Of a stretch of 64,000 bases of DNA, positions 35,295 to 48,567 are shown one piece after another. Source of the stretch: Antechinus flavipes. Its lineage: Eukaryota. The position numbers were made by a program, and so were the translations under genes. How positions within the stretch are numbered: the first letter of the stretch is position 1; every line of letters begins with the position of its first letter. Where the stretch lies: the NCBI RefSeq assembly GCF_016432865.1, contig NC_067402.1:122512001-122576000 (forward strand), read 5' to 3'. Under the pieces are notes generated by a model. The model ran no database searches and was not told the origin of the DNA. It was given only the letters and a program-made list of their open reading frames with translations.

Positions 35295-37721
35295 CCCTTT
35301 CCAGGTCTAAACTACTCCATGTATTGATTTTTTTTTCTTTCTGTATTTTTTTCTTTGTGATAAATGAAGGCCTGTAAAAGTAAAGGTTCCATCATTCAGC
35401 ATGCAGATTGATTGTTTCATTTCTTAGAATAGAAAAACGAGACTCAAAATGATCTGCAAAAATTAATAGCCATTTTCCTTAGGTTTTTTTTTTTCAAACA
35501 ATGAATAATTCCTACATTCTCAGTACACAATTATGTTTTTCAACTATTCATTAGTACTGATTTTTCATCACAAAGTAAAACCATGAACTCTCACAGCATG
35601 GACTCAGTGCAAATAAATTGTTACATTCTCCTTCCTATTAGAACTGTGTGCCACCACCATAATTGAAACGAAACTACAATATTTAGTAATGTGTTTTGAG
35701 AATTTTGTGTGTTGAAGTGTACTTTGCAAAATCTTGGATGCTATAAAGGATTTAAAGAGAACTTTAAAAGTATCTACATGGATCAGCATCTAATTATAGG
35801 AATTTAACTTGATAGCTGATTTAATAAAGATATGTTCTATTTTAACTATATTATAGTTATAGCCCATTAACTATTTCTTTCCTCTACCTCATGAATAATG
35901 ATTGAATTTGTTGAAATTGAAATCTTTCTCTGTTAAAAAGGATGTTAAATCATGACTCTTTAAACTCTAATCAAAAAATTAATTATAGAAATCCCATTAG
36001 CTTTTGTGAATTATAGCTAAATACATTAACACAAAGTAGGCAGTATTTATAGATTAGACTTAATCTTTTGCAGAATCTCAACTATCAGATTGCATCTCCT
36101 TAACTTTTTGTATGAAAGGGAGGGAAATCACAGGACTTTCTATTTGGACTTAATTTTCATGAAACACTTGCATTGATTCATTCTGATATGAATAAGTATT
36201 GAAGTATTTATTCTGTAAATATTACAGGACACCTAGCAGGATTGAAATGTTAATTCTTCCTTTATTAAAACATGATACTCTTTCATAAGAAACAAAAATA
36301 TAATTTATGTGTTGTGTTGGTCTACTGTCTATTTAAACATATTTCTGTTGGGGTTTGGCCATATTTAATGAACTGTACTTTTCAAGATGGATACTACTGA
36401 CATAAGCCTTTATCAAAAAAAAGTTGAATTGGGAAGCAAATTGTTAATTATTATCTTTTTTAATGGCTTTTATTGTCTAATGTGTATCATATACATTTCA
36501 TAAAAAGTTTATACAGAAATTTCCCTCAAAAATCAAAGTTATTAAAAATGATAGTAGTATCTATTTCAGTGTGGCTTAAGGTATTTATAAGAGAGTAAAG
36601 AATCATGTTGATGTTGAAGGGGTTATTTGTATAACATAGGTGCAGATAAGTGGACTTTAGTGGATAGTGTGCCTTGCAGTGATTTCTGGGATGTTTCCCA
36701 TTGTCTATTAGAAACAACACTGAAAGAAGGATTAATACTTTAAGATTATGGCTCTGTGTTTATAGTGATTTGTAAAACCAAATGCTGTGAGGCTTTGCTT
36801 TTCTGTGTTAAATCCTAGCTTTGTATCAGTGGCACTAATTTCTTTGTTACCTAATCCTATGTAAGAAGAGCAGCTTTTAAAGTTAAGCAGGCAACTTTTT
36901 ATTCAAACGGAGAAACTCCTTAATACCTTACTTAAGTTGGACTTATTGACAGAGGTAAAGAAAACACTCATAAACAGTTTATCTAAGGGGATTTTAAAAT
37001 AATATTAAAAAATAACTTTAGCTGAAAGAACATCTTAGTGACTGGGAAAAGTTGTGAAGACAGTGTTGCTTTCAGCATAAAATAGTTGGGAAAATATTAT
37101 CTATAAAATATGGTGTATATTATGCAAGACCTTATTGTCCCCATTACAATTATCACCCTGAAAAAAATAATTTCAATCAGGGTTTCAACCCCCTAAGAGC
37201 TACACTTTATAGTTCATTTGAATTATAGTAGAACATTAGAAGCAACTGTTTATTTCTATTTTGTCAGCTCTTGTCATTCTTTTAAAATCCTATTCAAGCT
37301 ACCTGCCTCTATCTTTTAAATTTAAGAAATTAACAAGAGGGGGAGATACTGTTTGTGTGAAGTTAAAAGTCAGTTGGTATGTAACTTTGATGAAAAAGAA
37401 TAAATGTTGAAAGCTAGAGGAAAGATGCTTTCCTTTTTAAAACAAGGTGAAAGGTACAAAGATTCACATCTTGCATTAGAGTATATTTCTCTCCCGCTAT
37501 GTAGTAAATACTTACTTTATTGAATAAACGTAAAAACTGTCACATAAAACTCAGTTTGCCTGGTATTTGACAGCTCTGATTTACACACACTTAAAAAAAC
37601 TTTCCTTTTTATTGAATTTAAATTAATCATACATTCAAAAGAGAATGGGGATTACATTACAGCTTCCAAAGTATTTAGGGAGAATATTTAACAATCTTTT
37701 CATCCATTGGTACTAGAAACA

Positions 37722-38510
37722 TAACTTTATTTTTTTCCTTAATAATATTTTTTGAAATACATGTAAAGATAGTTTTCAACATTCATTTTGGTCAGATTTG
37801 GTGTTCTAATTTTTTTTTTCTTTCTCCCTTATCTTCTCCCTCCCTGAGACAGGAAGCTATCTAGTATAGCTAAATTTACAATCATTTTAATGTATTTCCA
37901 TATTAGTCATGTTGTGAAAGGAAAGACAGAGCAAAAGGAAAAACCCACAAGAAAGAAAAAACAAACAAAAGGTGAAAATAGCATATTTTGATCTGCATTC
38001 CATCTCCATAATTCTTTCTCTGGATATGGATGGCATTTTCCATCCAAAGTCATTGAAATTGTCTTAGATCACTGTTTTGCTAAGAACTAAATCTATCATC
38101 GTTGATCATCACATAATCTTACTGTTCTGGGTACAATGTTCTCCTGGTTCACCCAGCATCAGTTCATGTAAGTCTTTTAAGGCTTTTCTGAAATTTTCGT
38201 ATAGAACAGTAATATTCTATTACATTCATATAAATATATACAATTTATGTATATGTGTGCATATTTACATACACACACATATATACATGCACATATATTA
38301 TATATATATGTAACTTATTCAACCATTCCCCAACTTATTCAACTATTCCCCAAGTAATGTCCCACTTTCATTCCTTGCCACTATGAAAAGGGGAAACATT
38401 TTTGCATATTTAGGTACTATTCCCTCGCATATGATCTCTTTGGGATACGGACTCAGCAGTGACACAGCTGGATCAAAGGGTATGCAGTTTTTATAGCCCT
38501 TTGGGCATAG
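37722..38510 (-). mobile_element. Old L1 3' end
   Basis: aaatacatgtaaagatagttttcaacattcatttt...gatctgcattccatctccata...cagctggatcaaagggtatgcagtttttatagccctttgggcatag. Confidence 0.9.
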
Positions 38511-38937
38511 AAAACCTAGCAATCTTACTAAAACACGGACCTGTTACAAACAAATCTATAGAACACAAGCCAAGCTCTCAAGAGCAGGAATAATACTTCA
38601 TTAATTGGATAAGACCAGGCTTCACACTCTATTAAATTCTCACTTGTCCAGAATTCAAGCAACAAGAAAGTTCTAACATATTCCCTTTCTTTTTTACATG
38701 TTCTACCTTCACTTTTATGAGAATGAGACAAATGATATATGGTTGCACTGAAGTCAGAAAGTTATTTTTATGTTAGAAATCCTTGATAGCTTCATTTCTT
38801 GTCATTTTTTTTCCATGAAGACTTCCTTAAACTCTTATAGCCTCTTGTTATCTGTGGGCCTTTCTTATTAGAAAATAATTTCCATGAGGGCAGCAGTTAT
38901 GTTTAATTTATCTTTGTGTCTCCTTTAACACCTGGAG

Positions 38938-39410
38938 CAGGGATTGGCAGGCAAAATCTGCCCACAATCTATTCCATGAGCTAAGATGTTTCCATCTTAG
39001 AGTGTTCTGTACAGACTAGTGGGGAGAAGGGAAGAGAATGGCCTCTCTTTTGGAGATTCCTTCTAACAAGATGAAGACCGAGGATGCTGAAGCTATAAAG
39101 AATTGACCATTAATTATACTTGTCACCCAGTTCTCTTGAAATTGCTATGACCATTATGATCTGAAATTGTCACTATTATCATCTTTCAGATTAAATTTTA
39201 AAAAGGCAGTGAGCCAGATTTGGCCCATACCCTGTAGTTTGCTGACTCCTATATTAGGTGCTAAGGAAGACAAAAACAAGTAAATTTTATAAATATCAAA
39301 GTCATTGTTAGCATCTATTCTAGGTGCCAAGAAAGATGTAAAGATAAATAAATTTAAAATTGTAAAAAGCATTCTTAGTTCATAAATCATTCAAGACATG
39401 GACAGGATTG
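38938..39410. mobile_element. MER58/Cheshire-like hAT-Charlie remnants
   Basis: cagggattggcaggcaaaatctgccc (38938), gagccagatttggcccataccctgtagtttgctgactcct (39211-39250), tgtaaaaagcattcttagttc (39361). Confidence 0.5.
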
Positions 39411-39669
39411 GTTCATAGACCACACTTGCAGACCTTTGACTTAGAGCTCCACTTTGCAAATTAAGGGATGAAAACTTAAAAAAAAACTTCAATGAAGGGA
39501 AGATGATTTAAGAGGGGAGAATGTTTATAGATATATGTAAGATACATACCAATTAAGTAAAATGTTGCTTTTATATGTAATTGCTGTTTCCTTTATTGAA
39601 TTGAAAGCTCATTGTTGCTTCATTCTTTGTACTGCTATCTCCAGCTTGGAACCTAAAACAAAAAAAGGC

Positions 39670-40380
39670 AACTGATTGATTGAAGGTAGTGCTTGAGATA
39701 AATCTTGATGGAACCCAAAGATATTAAGAGACAAAAATGAAGACAAGTACACATCCCCAAACCTAAGAGACAGCTAATACTAATACATAGAGAATGGAGC
39801 ATTTTATATAAAGAATAACACTGGACTGGAACATAGAATATGTCTAGAAGGGTTATATGCAAGAAGATTAAAAAGATAGGAAGACTCTCTGTTGTAAAGC
39901 TTTTTAAATGCCAAACAGAGGTGTTGATACTTGATCCTGAGAGAAACAAAACTTTGTTGTGGGAGGGGGAAATGGTGAAAGGGGATAGAGAGATGGTGAG
40001 GGGAAATAGTAATGACATGACTGTCAGACCTGTACTTGAGGAAAGTCACTTTGGCAGATGAGTATAGGAGAGAGACATGAGGCAGGGAGAACAATTAGGA
40101 GGCTGTTAAATTATTCAAGTGAGAGATGATAAGAGACCTAAACTAGGATGGCAGTGCTAAAGAGCAGAAACAACAGGAAACAATGAAAGATATTTTGGAG
40201 TTAAAAATCTGGCAACTTATTAGTTATGTGGGATAAGTGAAAAGGGGAATTGAGAATGACATGAAGATTGTGAACCTGAGTAAATAAACAGATGGTAGTT
40301 CCCCAAAAAGCAATGGAGAAGTCATGAAGAAAGGTGAGTATGAAATGTGTATGGAAATGATGAGTTCTCTTTTGGAGGCT
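39670..40380 (-). mobile_element. L2 fragment
   Basis: taaatgccaaacagaggtgttgatacttgatcct...gtcagacctgtacttgaggaaagtcactttggcag...aattaggaggctgtt...gatgagttctcttttgg. Confidence 0.85.
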
Positions 40381-41189
40381 CTTTCTAACAAACTGATAAT
40401 CTGAGGAATTCTCAATAATATTGAGCAATATTATATTCTCCAAATAATTGTTGTCCACCTAGTCTTGTAGAAATTGTTATGAGCATTGTTGCTAACAAAA
40501 GCCTGAAACTGCCCTCAAGAAATAAAAAAGGATTTGGGAATTTCTTCTTCAAGCTCCAGAGCTTTAGGGCATCTAGAAAACTAGAAACCTAATTCACCTA
40601 ATTAAAGCTAGTACTGATTAATGTGTCAATTTAATCAATATTGAGGTGATCACTTACCTTCGTGAACTTTTATTTGGTCAACTCAGAAGATTTCATCTTT
40701 CTACTATACTGTTTTCTTATTCTCTCCTAAACTATTCACTCTCTGGCTCTAAAATTTGATTTTTCTTTTATTTTTAAGAACTTTTCTAATGCATGAGAAT
40801 TACTCCTATATTGGAGTATAAAATGGAAATTGGCCTTTAGTACCTGACATGTAATTTAAAAACTTTTCACACTTGTGATCCAGGAAACTAAACAAGACTA
40901 AAACAATATGTTAATAAACTCAACTTTATTTTTTTTTAAATTTGTTCTCATATGCATTGCAGTCTTTTCTGGTGGATTCATATATTAATTCATAAGTTGG
41001 AAATAATTTTGCTTGATTAGTGTTTATGCTTCTAGAGGATGAGAACCATATAATTAACTCACTATAGCACTTAGGTAGTACCTTACTTATGAGAGAGCAC
41101 TTAATCTCACTTTACAATGGTGATATTTTAAACCCACTTGTCTAGGCCCTAATAAAGCCCTTATGTCAGATTTCTGCCTAGAAGCAAAT

Positions 41190-41630
41190 TCATAGGATTA
41201 TAAGATCATAGAGTTAGAGCTGAACATGACCTTAGAAGCCATTTAATCCAACCTCCCCTTTTGAGACCATTCTGCTCTGTTCCTTAATTCTGTCACATCT
41301 TGTCACCTGAAGGGCTTCATCTGAAAAGACCAGAAGCCATCTCTTCTATCAGGTGTGGAATGCAGCAGCATCAGATCATCCAGCTTAGCAGACCGTGAAG
41401 AGATCTTCAGCAGAATAGTCTATACATTGCTGAAAAAATAAGCCCCAAAGCTCCCACATGGTCAACTAGAATGGCAGTTGTACATCCTCTGAGGAAGAGC
41501 AGGGAAAGGATACACTATGTATTGATGAGGAACTGAAGGTAGAAGATATTAAGTGACTTGTTCTGGCTTAAAGAGCTAGTAAATATCAGAAGTGGCCATT
41601 GAACATAACAATCTGTTCTATAAATGCTCA
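41190..41630 (-). mobile_element. MIR3-type SINE split by a ~230-bp insert (41270-41500, possibly RTE-derived)
   Basis: cataggattataagatcatagagttagagctg...atttaatccaacctccc, then insert, then gatgaggaactgaaggtagaagatattaagtgacttg. Confidence 0.6.
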
Positions 41631-42589
41631 ATTAAAAATATTCTCCATTTGATTAATTAAATGAATCATAGATAGTATGTTGTCCCCAAATAGCCCTAAA
41701 TCCTTGGTCTGAGCTTTTACTTTAATTATAATTTTTCATACACTTTCAATCTACCCTCTTTTATTTCTAACCTGTCTAGCTATAGTTCCATCTCTGTTTA
41801 TCCAGTGTTGCTTCTGATAGTCTTACTTTCAAAATTGTATTCCTCACTATCATCAGGGCTTATCCTTGACTTGTTTATAGTGTTTTTGGCTTACACACAC
41901 TATTGCCTTCCACTTCCATGAGATCCAGTTAGTCAGCCACATGAAAAGTAACATAGACTTGAAGGAGTCAGGAAGCAGTCTGTGGGCATGGAGATTGCTC
42001 TGAATATCCTCTGTCAGCAATATACTCTGGTATAGAGTGAAATCCATTTGTGGAGGGTATCTCCTACATTCCGCTAATAAAATAATTTTCTTTTAACTCT
42101 GTTGCTGAAGCTTAGGTTTATGCATTTCAAAGGGGAAAAGCACAAAGTAAAGAAAGAAAAAGAGCATCAGACACAGAAAAAATGTAGAAAAATATATTAT
42201 TTAGAGAATAGAACAAACCCGGAGTCAAAAGGGAGAGCGTAAGAATAAGTGCTCAATAAGTGAGGGCATCAGCAATGGCTATGAAGAGATTTCTTCCCAT
42301 CTGGCTTATCAAGATACAGCTAGTTGTCATTAAATACATTCTCTTCCATCTCCAGAGAGTGAGGAACCATAAGTATGTCAAAGATAGGATGAAAGTAAAA
42401 TAGCACTCTAAGAAATAAACCATAATGATATAAAAAATTCAAAATAGATCTTCAAGTCAACATTTCCCAATTCAACACAATTCAGCAAATGTTTATACAA
42501 TAAAAGAAAGACACTGGCAATGAAAAAATTGGTTATTATATGAAGCCTAAGCTAGCAGTCCAATGGAAGAGTTAAAACAGATTAATAGA

Positions 42590-42850
42590 TAAATAAGTGC
42601 TTTAAAAAGGTATGGAAGTTTGTCATAAATATGAAGAGGTCATTTAAAGCTGGAGAATTATGGACTTCAGGGAGATGATAGAATCTGAAGTAGGCCTTGA
42701 AGAATTTGACCGGGAAGAAATACAGTCAGGGAATGCAATTAAGTATAGTCAATATGCTGAGTAAAAGCACAGAATGAGCACAAAGGGAATGAACAAGTTC
42801 AGGTAATGGTAAGTAGCCCAATATGGTTAGGACATAGAGTAAATTAAAAC
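42590..42850 (-). mobile_element. L2 fragment
   Basis: cagggagatgatagaatctgaagtaggccttgaagaa...gcaaagggaatgaacaagttcaggtaatggtaagtag. Confidence 0.55.
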
Positions 42851-43254
42851 AAAGAGAGAGAAGTGAGAGAGAAGACTAGAAAAGGGGATTGGAAGCAGAT
42901 TATGGTAGATACACACATTTCTTGCAACTGCATTTCTTCCTGTTGAAATCCTTCAAGGCTTCCTTGAGATTCCATCATCTTCATCGGTTTCCATGATTTC
43001 CCAGCTTTAAATGACTTCATCATATTTATGATAGTATTTATTACTTCTCTCATGCAATGTCTAGAAGGAACTTGAAGAACCTTTAAAAGTTATCAACTTT
43101 TATGATCAAAATTTCAATGTTGGTATCCAGTTGCAACACAACAAAAGTAAAGGCTACAAGATTATAGAATCTTGATGCAATTTTTAAAAATCCTATCATT
43201 AAAATACTTGAGAAACTAAATGTTTTTTTCTAAAATGGGGAATGGAGCAGCAAA

Positions 43255-43445
43255 ACCATTTACATAGTGCTAGGCACTTTATAACAATTATCTCACTTGA
43301 TCCTCACAATAACACTAGGAGGTAGGTGCTATTATTATCCTGTTTTACAGTTAAGAAAACTGAGACAGATTTTCCAAGAATAAGTGTTTAAGATCAAATT
43401 TGAACTTAAGCCATCCTGTCTTCAGTCCCAGATCTCTATCTATTG
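43255..43445 (-). mobile_element. MIR SINE
   Basis: ggcactttataacaattatctcacttgatcctcacaataac...aggtaggtgctattattatcctgttttacagttaagaaaactgag. Confidence 0.85.
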
Positions 43446-44889
43446 TTTTAACTAGTAAAACAAAGTGTTTGCTCAATTAATAGGTATTATTTTTATTTTG
43501 ACTTCTAAATACAGCATGAATCAATTAAGGCAATGTGATAAGTTTCTTAATGTGAAAGCTTCTTTTATGAAGAAAGGTTTAAGAGACCATGAAAAATTTC
43601 TAAAATTTCAAAATAAGAACACATGGCTCAACATTCTTACTTTTTTTTCTAATTATAAATTGTCACCAAGAGGGGAATTATATTTATCATTTTTCCAAAA
43701 TAATTTTAGAATTCCTCCATTTTAGCTAATTTTTGACCTGAAATGCTCTTGGAAACATTCAATAAATATTTACTAATCATTTTCTATGTGCCAGGAACAT
43801 TGCTAAGTACTGACAATACAAATAAAAGAGAAGAGCAGTAAATTAAGGGAGACAAAGGAGAGGTACAGTCAGCTGGGAAGTTATCTTCACTTTCTACAAT
43901 TATCCATTTTTTTGAAGTTAGAATAATTGATATTTCAAATAGCTATATGCTGGGCACTTTCAAAAGTTTATTATATTGGTTTATTAATAGCACATTAAAA
44001 TAAAAGAGGAAACAATGTTCCAATTGAAATATAGTTATAGAGAAATTGAAATTTAAAAAATCTTTTAATATTCATCTCCAGAATTCCAAATGAAACTCTT
44101 ATCTAAAAATAAATAATTATAATGTAAATCTACTCAAGTTGTATCTAAGTGCAATCGCATAACACTCATTAAAAATAAATTAAGCGTGATTTAAACAATT
44201 AGATAGTTGTACATTGTGCTTAGGCCATGATCATATAACAAAGACAAAAATATCACCTGAATGTAGAATTGATGATATAAAAAAGCATACTATGATATGG
44301 CACTTTATAAAAATAGACAAAATACAATTCACTTGGAAAAATCAAAGGTCTAAAATCTAAGGAAATAATTTTAAAATAGGAATGAAGAGAAAATAGTACT
44401 TTCAGAACTTAAATTATATTACATAGTAATAATTATCAAAAGAAATGTTTGTAATAATCTAAAATTAGAAAAATAGATAAATTGGACAATCTGTATCAAA
44501 TGGAGAACTCCAAATTGGGCTAAAACTATTGGAAAAAATGGAAAGCACTTTGGGAGGAATTTATTTTTACTCAATATTTTTGGTATGTACCATAATAAGT
44601 ACAAAATGGGTACATAATATGTATTTAAAAATATCTCTTTTTTTTAAATAGAAAAGAACCAAATCAGTTACATTTCACAGCTGTGGCTAGGGTAAAAATT
44701 TGTTAACCCAAGGATAGAAGTGAACACAAAAGATGAGATAACTTTTGATTACATTAAATCAAATAGACATCATATGAACAGAATCAGTATAACTAGAATA
44801 AAGATTGAAGCTGTCAGTTGGGAATAATATTTGTATGTTATCTTTAAGGTTTGTATTTTAAATGTATAGAACAGTTGAATTATCTAGAG

Positions 44890-45219
44890 TAGGGATTGTT
44901 TTTCACTTGCAACCCCTCTCCCTGAGAAAATTTTGTGTGACTCTGGGTACATAGGTTTATAAATCAAGCAGTTACTAATAATAAAACATAAAGAAATTTA
45001 TTTTGAAACAATTCTTTGGTATACATGTAATTTTACCATTTATTAAAGAGGAAAGCAAATTTACAGCTAATAAGATGGATGTGCTTATTTATTTTTACAT
45101 AAAGAATTAAATCATACAGAATATTTGATATCTTTTACTGCTATTAAATTTTTGTGACCCTCCCCACATTGTTACATAACACTATATGGGTAACAACCCC
45201 CACAGTTTAAGAAGCTTTG
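44890..45219. mobile_element. hAT-Charlie MITE nested in L1
   Basis: Right end ...tatgggtaacaacccccacagtttaagaagctttg; left flank tctagag (Charlie target). Confidence 0.6.
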
Positions 45220-45224
45220 ATATA

Positions 45225-45340
45225 GTGTTCTGAGAAATTAAGTGACTTGCCTAGGATCACAAAATCAATATATGTAGAGGTATGACTTGAAGACAAATCT
45301 TCCTTACTTTGAGGCCAGTTTTCCATATTTCATACCACAT
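45225..45340 (-). mobile_element. CORE-SINE fragment
   Basis: tgagaaattaagtgacttgcctaggatcaca...gacttgaagacaaatcttcc...tgaggccag. Confidence 0.7.
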
Positions 45341-46599
45341 TGAGAGAAGTAACACAAAGTATAGGAAAGAACATTTATACAAAAGACAAGTAGTCAAACA
45401 ATATGAGCAAATTGCCATCAAAAGAATTGTAGAGTAGTAATAACCATTTGTTAGATAGTTCTACTAGTAACAGGAAAAAAATGAATGTAAATAAAAATAG
45501 CTTTGGTGCTTCACTTCAAAACTAACAAACTGGCAAAAGATGAACAAAATTATTATTAGATGATCTGTGAAAATATAGGCACATTATTGCACTGGGCTTT
45601 AAATTTTTCCAGTCATGAGGGAAGGTAATTTAGAATTTAAACTGAAATGTCCATACTCTGTGGCCCAGAGATTTTACTCTTAGTTGAATAATTCCAGGAA
45701 AGCTAAACACATAAGAAAAAGGTTTAGCCTATAATACAATATTCACAGCAGTACTATTTGTGCTGGCAGAGAACTATAAACAAAAGATATACATCTTTTG
45801 GGTAATAACTAAATAAACTGTGTATGTGAATACAATCAAATATTAGTGCATCATAAATAAAAAATTGGAAAGATTCTAAGAATCATGAGAAGACTTATTT
45901 GAACAGTTGCTGAGTGAAGTGAGCAGAAGAAGGAAAACAATATACACAATGGCTATGACAATATAAATGGAAAGAACAACCAAAAAAAGATACTGAAAGG
46001 TATGTAATTATAATGCCAAAAATGGCACCAAGAAAGAATTAAGAAAATACACCTCTTCTTTCCAGAGGTGAGAAACTCGATATGAAATATTCAAATAGTT
46101 AGACATGGTCAATCTAATATCTAGTTTTGCTAGCCTGCTTAATTTCTCGGTTGCTTTTTTTAATTGGTGGACTACTAGATAGGATGGGACTACAAGGTAA
46201 AGGGGAGGATAAGCAAATATTTGGAAATGAAGATAATGTAAAAACAAAAGATAGCAATAAGAACAAGATAAAAAGAAAATACATTCTTATCTAAGAAAAG
46301 TGATTATTTAATGATACATTGTAAAATGTAGAATCATCTCCTTACATGATATCAGTTCTATTTGTGTTTTTTTGATAAATTGATAATACGTTTCCAATTT
46401 TAAATTTCATTCTCCTATTCTAAAACGTCAGAATACATAACACTGATTGAGAAGGGAAGTCTACACTATGTTCATGTTTACTTAATTTTTGAAATGAGAA
46501 AGTAACTTGTTCTGTTTGTTCTCTTACCTCTTCATTAGTAAACAAATCCTCTATTAGCAAAAAATACAAGGTCAAAATTCTGTAATAGCCAGTGTAAAT

Positions 46600-46835
46600 G
46601 TTTTTGTTATTTTTGTTCAGTTATGTACAATTCTACATGATCCCGTGGACTTTTATCCATGGGATTTTCTTGACAAAAATATTAGAGTGTCTTAATTTCC
46701 TTCTCCAGTGTATCCCCATTTTACAGATGAGAAGATGAGGCAAAAAAATGATTGTCCAGGCTCACAGAACCAGTATGTGTCAGAAACGAGATTTGAATCT
46801 GATCAAGTCTTTCTAGCATTGAGGCCAGTTTTCTA
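46600..46835 (-). mobile_element. Mar1 SINE
   Basis: ttgttcagttatgtacaattct...atgggattttcttgacaaaaatattagagtg...tttccttctccagtgtatccccattttacagatgag. Confidence 0.8.
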
Positions 46836-47299
46836 GTCTTTATAAAGTATTCTGACTTCCTTTATAATAAAAATGGAATAATTATAGTCAAACACATTAA
46901 TTGTGTGAAACCCCATTGTAACATCATTCAACCATTTGCCAGAGGCACAAAGCAAATAAATAACACTGATGTGAACTAATATTTAGAAAGAATCATAATG
47001 GAAACAATTACTGAGACTATTTAGGAGGTGTCTGCATGTTAAATGCTTTCTTAATTCAAATTTCTTCTATATGTAGTTATAATGGACATCATGACAAATA
47101 GCTTAGATCAGTGGTCTTCCAGTCACATATTGATAGCTCAGCTATTTTGTTTCATAAATATTCCAAGAGAATCAAATATTGCCTTTAGTTGCTTCATGCT
47201 TTGAACTTGCAAGAATGAAAGTGATTTTTATACAATGTTGAAAATATTATCAGCAATAATAACAAGAAAAAAAGGATTGATTTAAATTAAGCATTGAAA

Positions 47300-47320
47300 A
47301 ACTTGTTTTTTTTCTGACAG
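47300..47320 (+). promoter_or_regulatory. 3' splice site (polypyrimidine tract + CAG) of the CADPS2 exon
   Basis: acttgttttttttctgacag directly precedes the coding exon. Confidence 0.9.
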
Positions 47321-47387
47321 ATATTTATATGCCCTTGGACAAAAGGTATGGAAAAGGTGGAAAAAACGATACTTCGTTCTTGTTCAG
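47321..47387 (+). CDS. CADPS2: Internal 67-nt coding exon of calcium-dependent secretion activator 2, start of the PH domain (exon 9 in human numbering, from memory)
   Basis: Acceptor ttgttttttttctgacAG ends at 47320; donor GTTAGT starts at 47388. Phase-2 entry A + 22 codons = (G)[22 protein letters not shown], matching the CAPS2 sequence I recall ([29 protein letters not shown]) and differing from CAPS1 ([22 protein letters not shown]). Confidence 0.97.
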
Positions 47388-47393
47388 GTTAGT
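47388..47393 (+). promoter_or_regulatory. 5' splice donor of the CADPS2 exon
   Basis: CAG|GTTAGT at the codon boundary where the known protein continues VSQY. Confidence 0.9.
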
Positions 47394-48309
47394 AAATTTT
47401 CTGATATTCTAATCGCTTTTAAGTCCTGAAGCTATTAAATACTGTATGTATGTTTATAAAACAACACTTTGAAAATGAAAAAAAAAATCTACTTATTGAG
47501 TCAAGTTTTTAAAGAGGCACATTAAAAAATGTTCAACTAAATATATTTAAGACAATCTATTCAACTTCTTGGTGACAAGAAAATATTGGGGATTCTAGTA
47601 TTATAGGATTCTGAAGACATACTTAATACTTTAAGTAAATGGTTTTGACTTTTATTATATGTTTTTTTCTTTTCTAATGAAATTAGAAATTTCCCTTAAA
47701 TGAAAAATTCACTTGACAGGAAGAATCTCTATCAAAATAGTCATCTGATGTTTAAATTACCACTCTGTGACAAAATAAAACATTATGGTTTAAAAAGGAA
47801 ATACTTTTCAGAAGAATCACATCTGGGATTCTTCACTGTATAATCTGAAAAATCTTATGTGTCCCTATGCTACAGATAATCTATAGTATATGATATAAGT
47901 TTATTGCAAACAAGGAAAAAGTAAGAAATATTGTTTCCAGTGGCAAATTTTGTATCATCCTGTGACTGCCCCAAGAAAAATGACTTGGTCTTTTGTCAAC
48001 CTAGGCCCTAACATTGATTTAAAAATAGAAAATTCAGTAAATAAAAATAGTTTAGCTATAAAGTACTTTACAAACTATTTGATCGATTTTTCTCAATATA
48101 TAGATCAGTTATTCTCTCAGTTGTTCTAAGTTGTTTTCTCATTTAACTTCACCTTGGTAGACAAGGATGGGGTGTGCTGATGACTAGATTATAAATTTTA
48201 CCATGTTATAGTTTGCATTGATTCCTTGTCTTATTCCTATTTTTCAAATATTTTATGGGAATAAGTGAAATTTAAATATTAGTTTTTATATTGTTATCTA
48301 ACCACAAAG

Positions 48310-48480
48310 AAGTAGTATGGCATAGTAGAGAGACTATTGGACTTTAAATTCAGGAAGAGCTGCATTCAGATCTCTCTCTGAAGTTTATTTTCCAAGACTC
48401 TGATCTCAAATAATTCTGCAAGGCTGTCATTTGAATTATAACTGGTTTGTTATCTGCTAAAGTGGAATAAGTCCCCACAT
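48310..48480 (+). mobile_element. CORE-SINE (MdoRep1-like), degenerate
   Basis: gtagtatggcatagtagagagactattggactttaaattcaggaaga...ataattctgcaagg...tatctgc. Confidence 0.5.
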
Positions 48481-48567
48481 TACTTAACTCATAGTGTCTT
48501 GATGTCTTGAAAAATCCTACTAAGAGATGATTTAGAATTGGGAATTATTCATGTCCATATGAAATTT

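Larger units (their letters stand above)
44150..46280 (+). mobile_element. Ancient L1 ORF2 3' half + 3'UTR, interrupted at ~44890-45340
   Basis: L1 motifs aaaattcacttggaaaaatcaaagg, aactttgattacattaaa, aacaaactggcaaaagatg, ctaaataaactgtgtatgtgaatacaat, gctgagtgaagtgagcagaa. Confidence 0.75.
1..47320 (+). other. CADPS2: CADPS2 upstream intron (phase 2, more than 47 kb)
   Basis: The preceding exon (...KIKLAVRMDKPAHMKHSG) was not found by eye in the window. Confidence 0.8.

Noticed and set aside
35045-35377. ORFs spanning N runs (also 48538..48754)
   Set aside because: Artefacts of assembly gaps.
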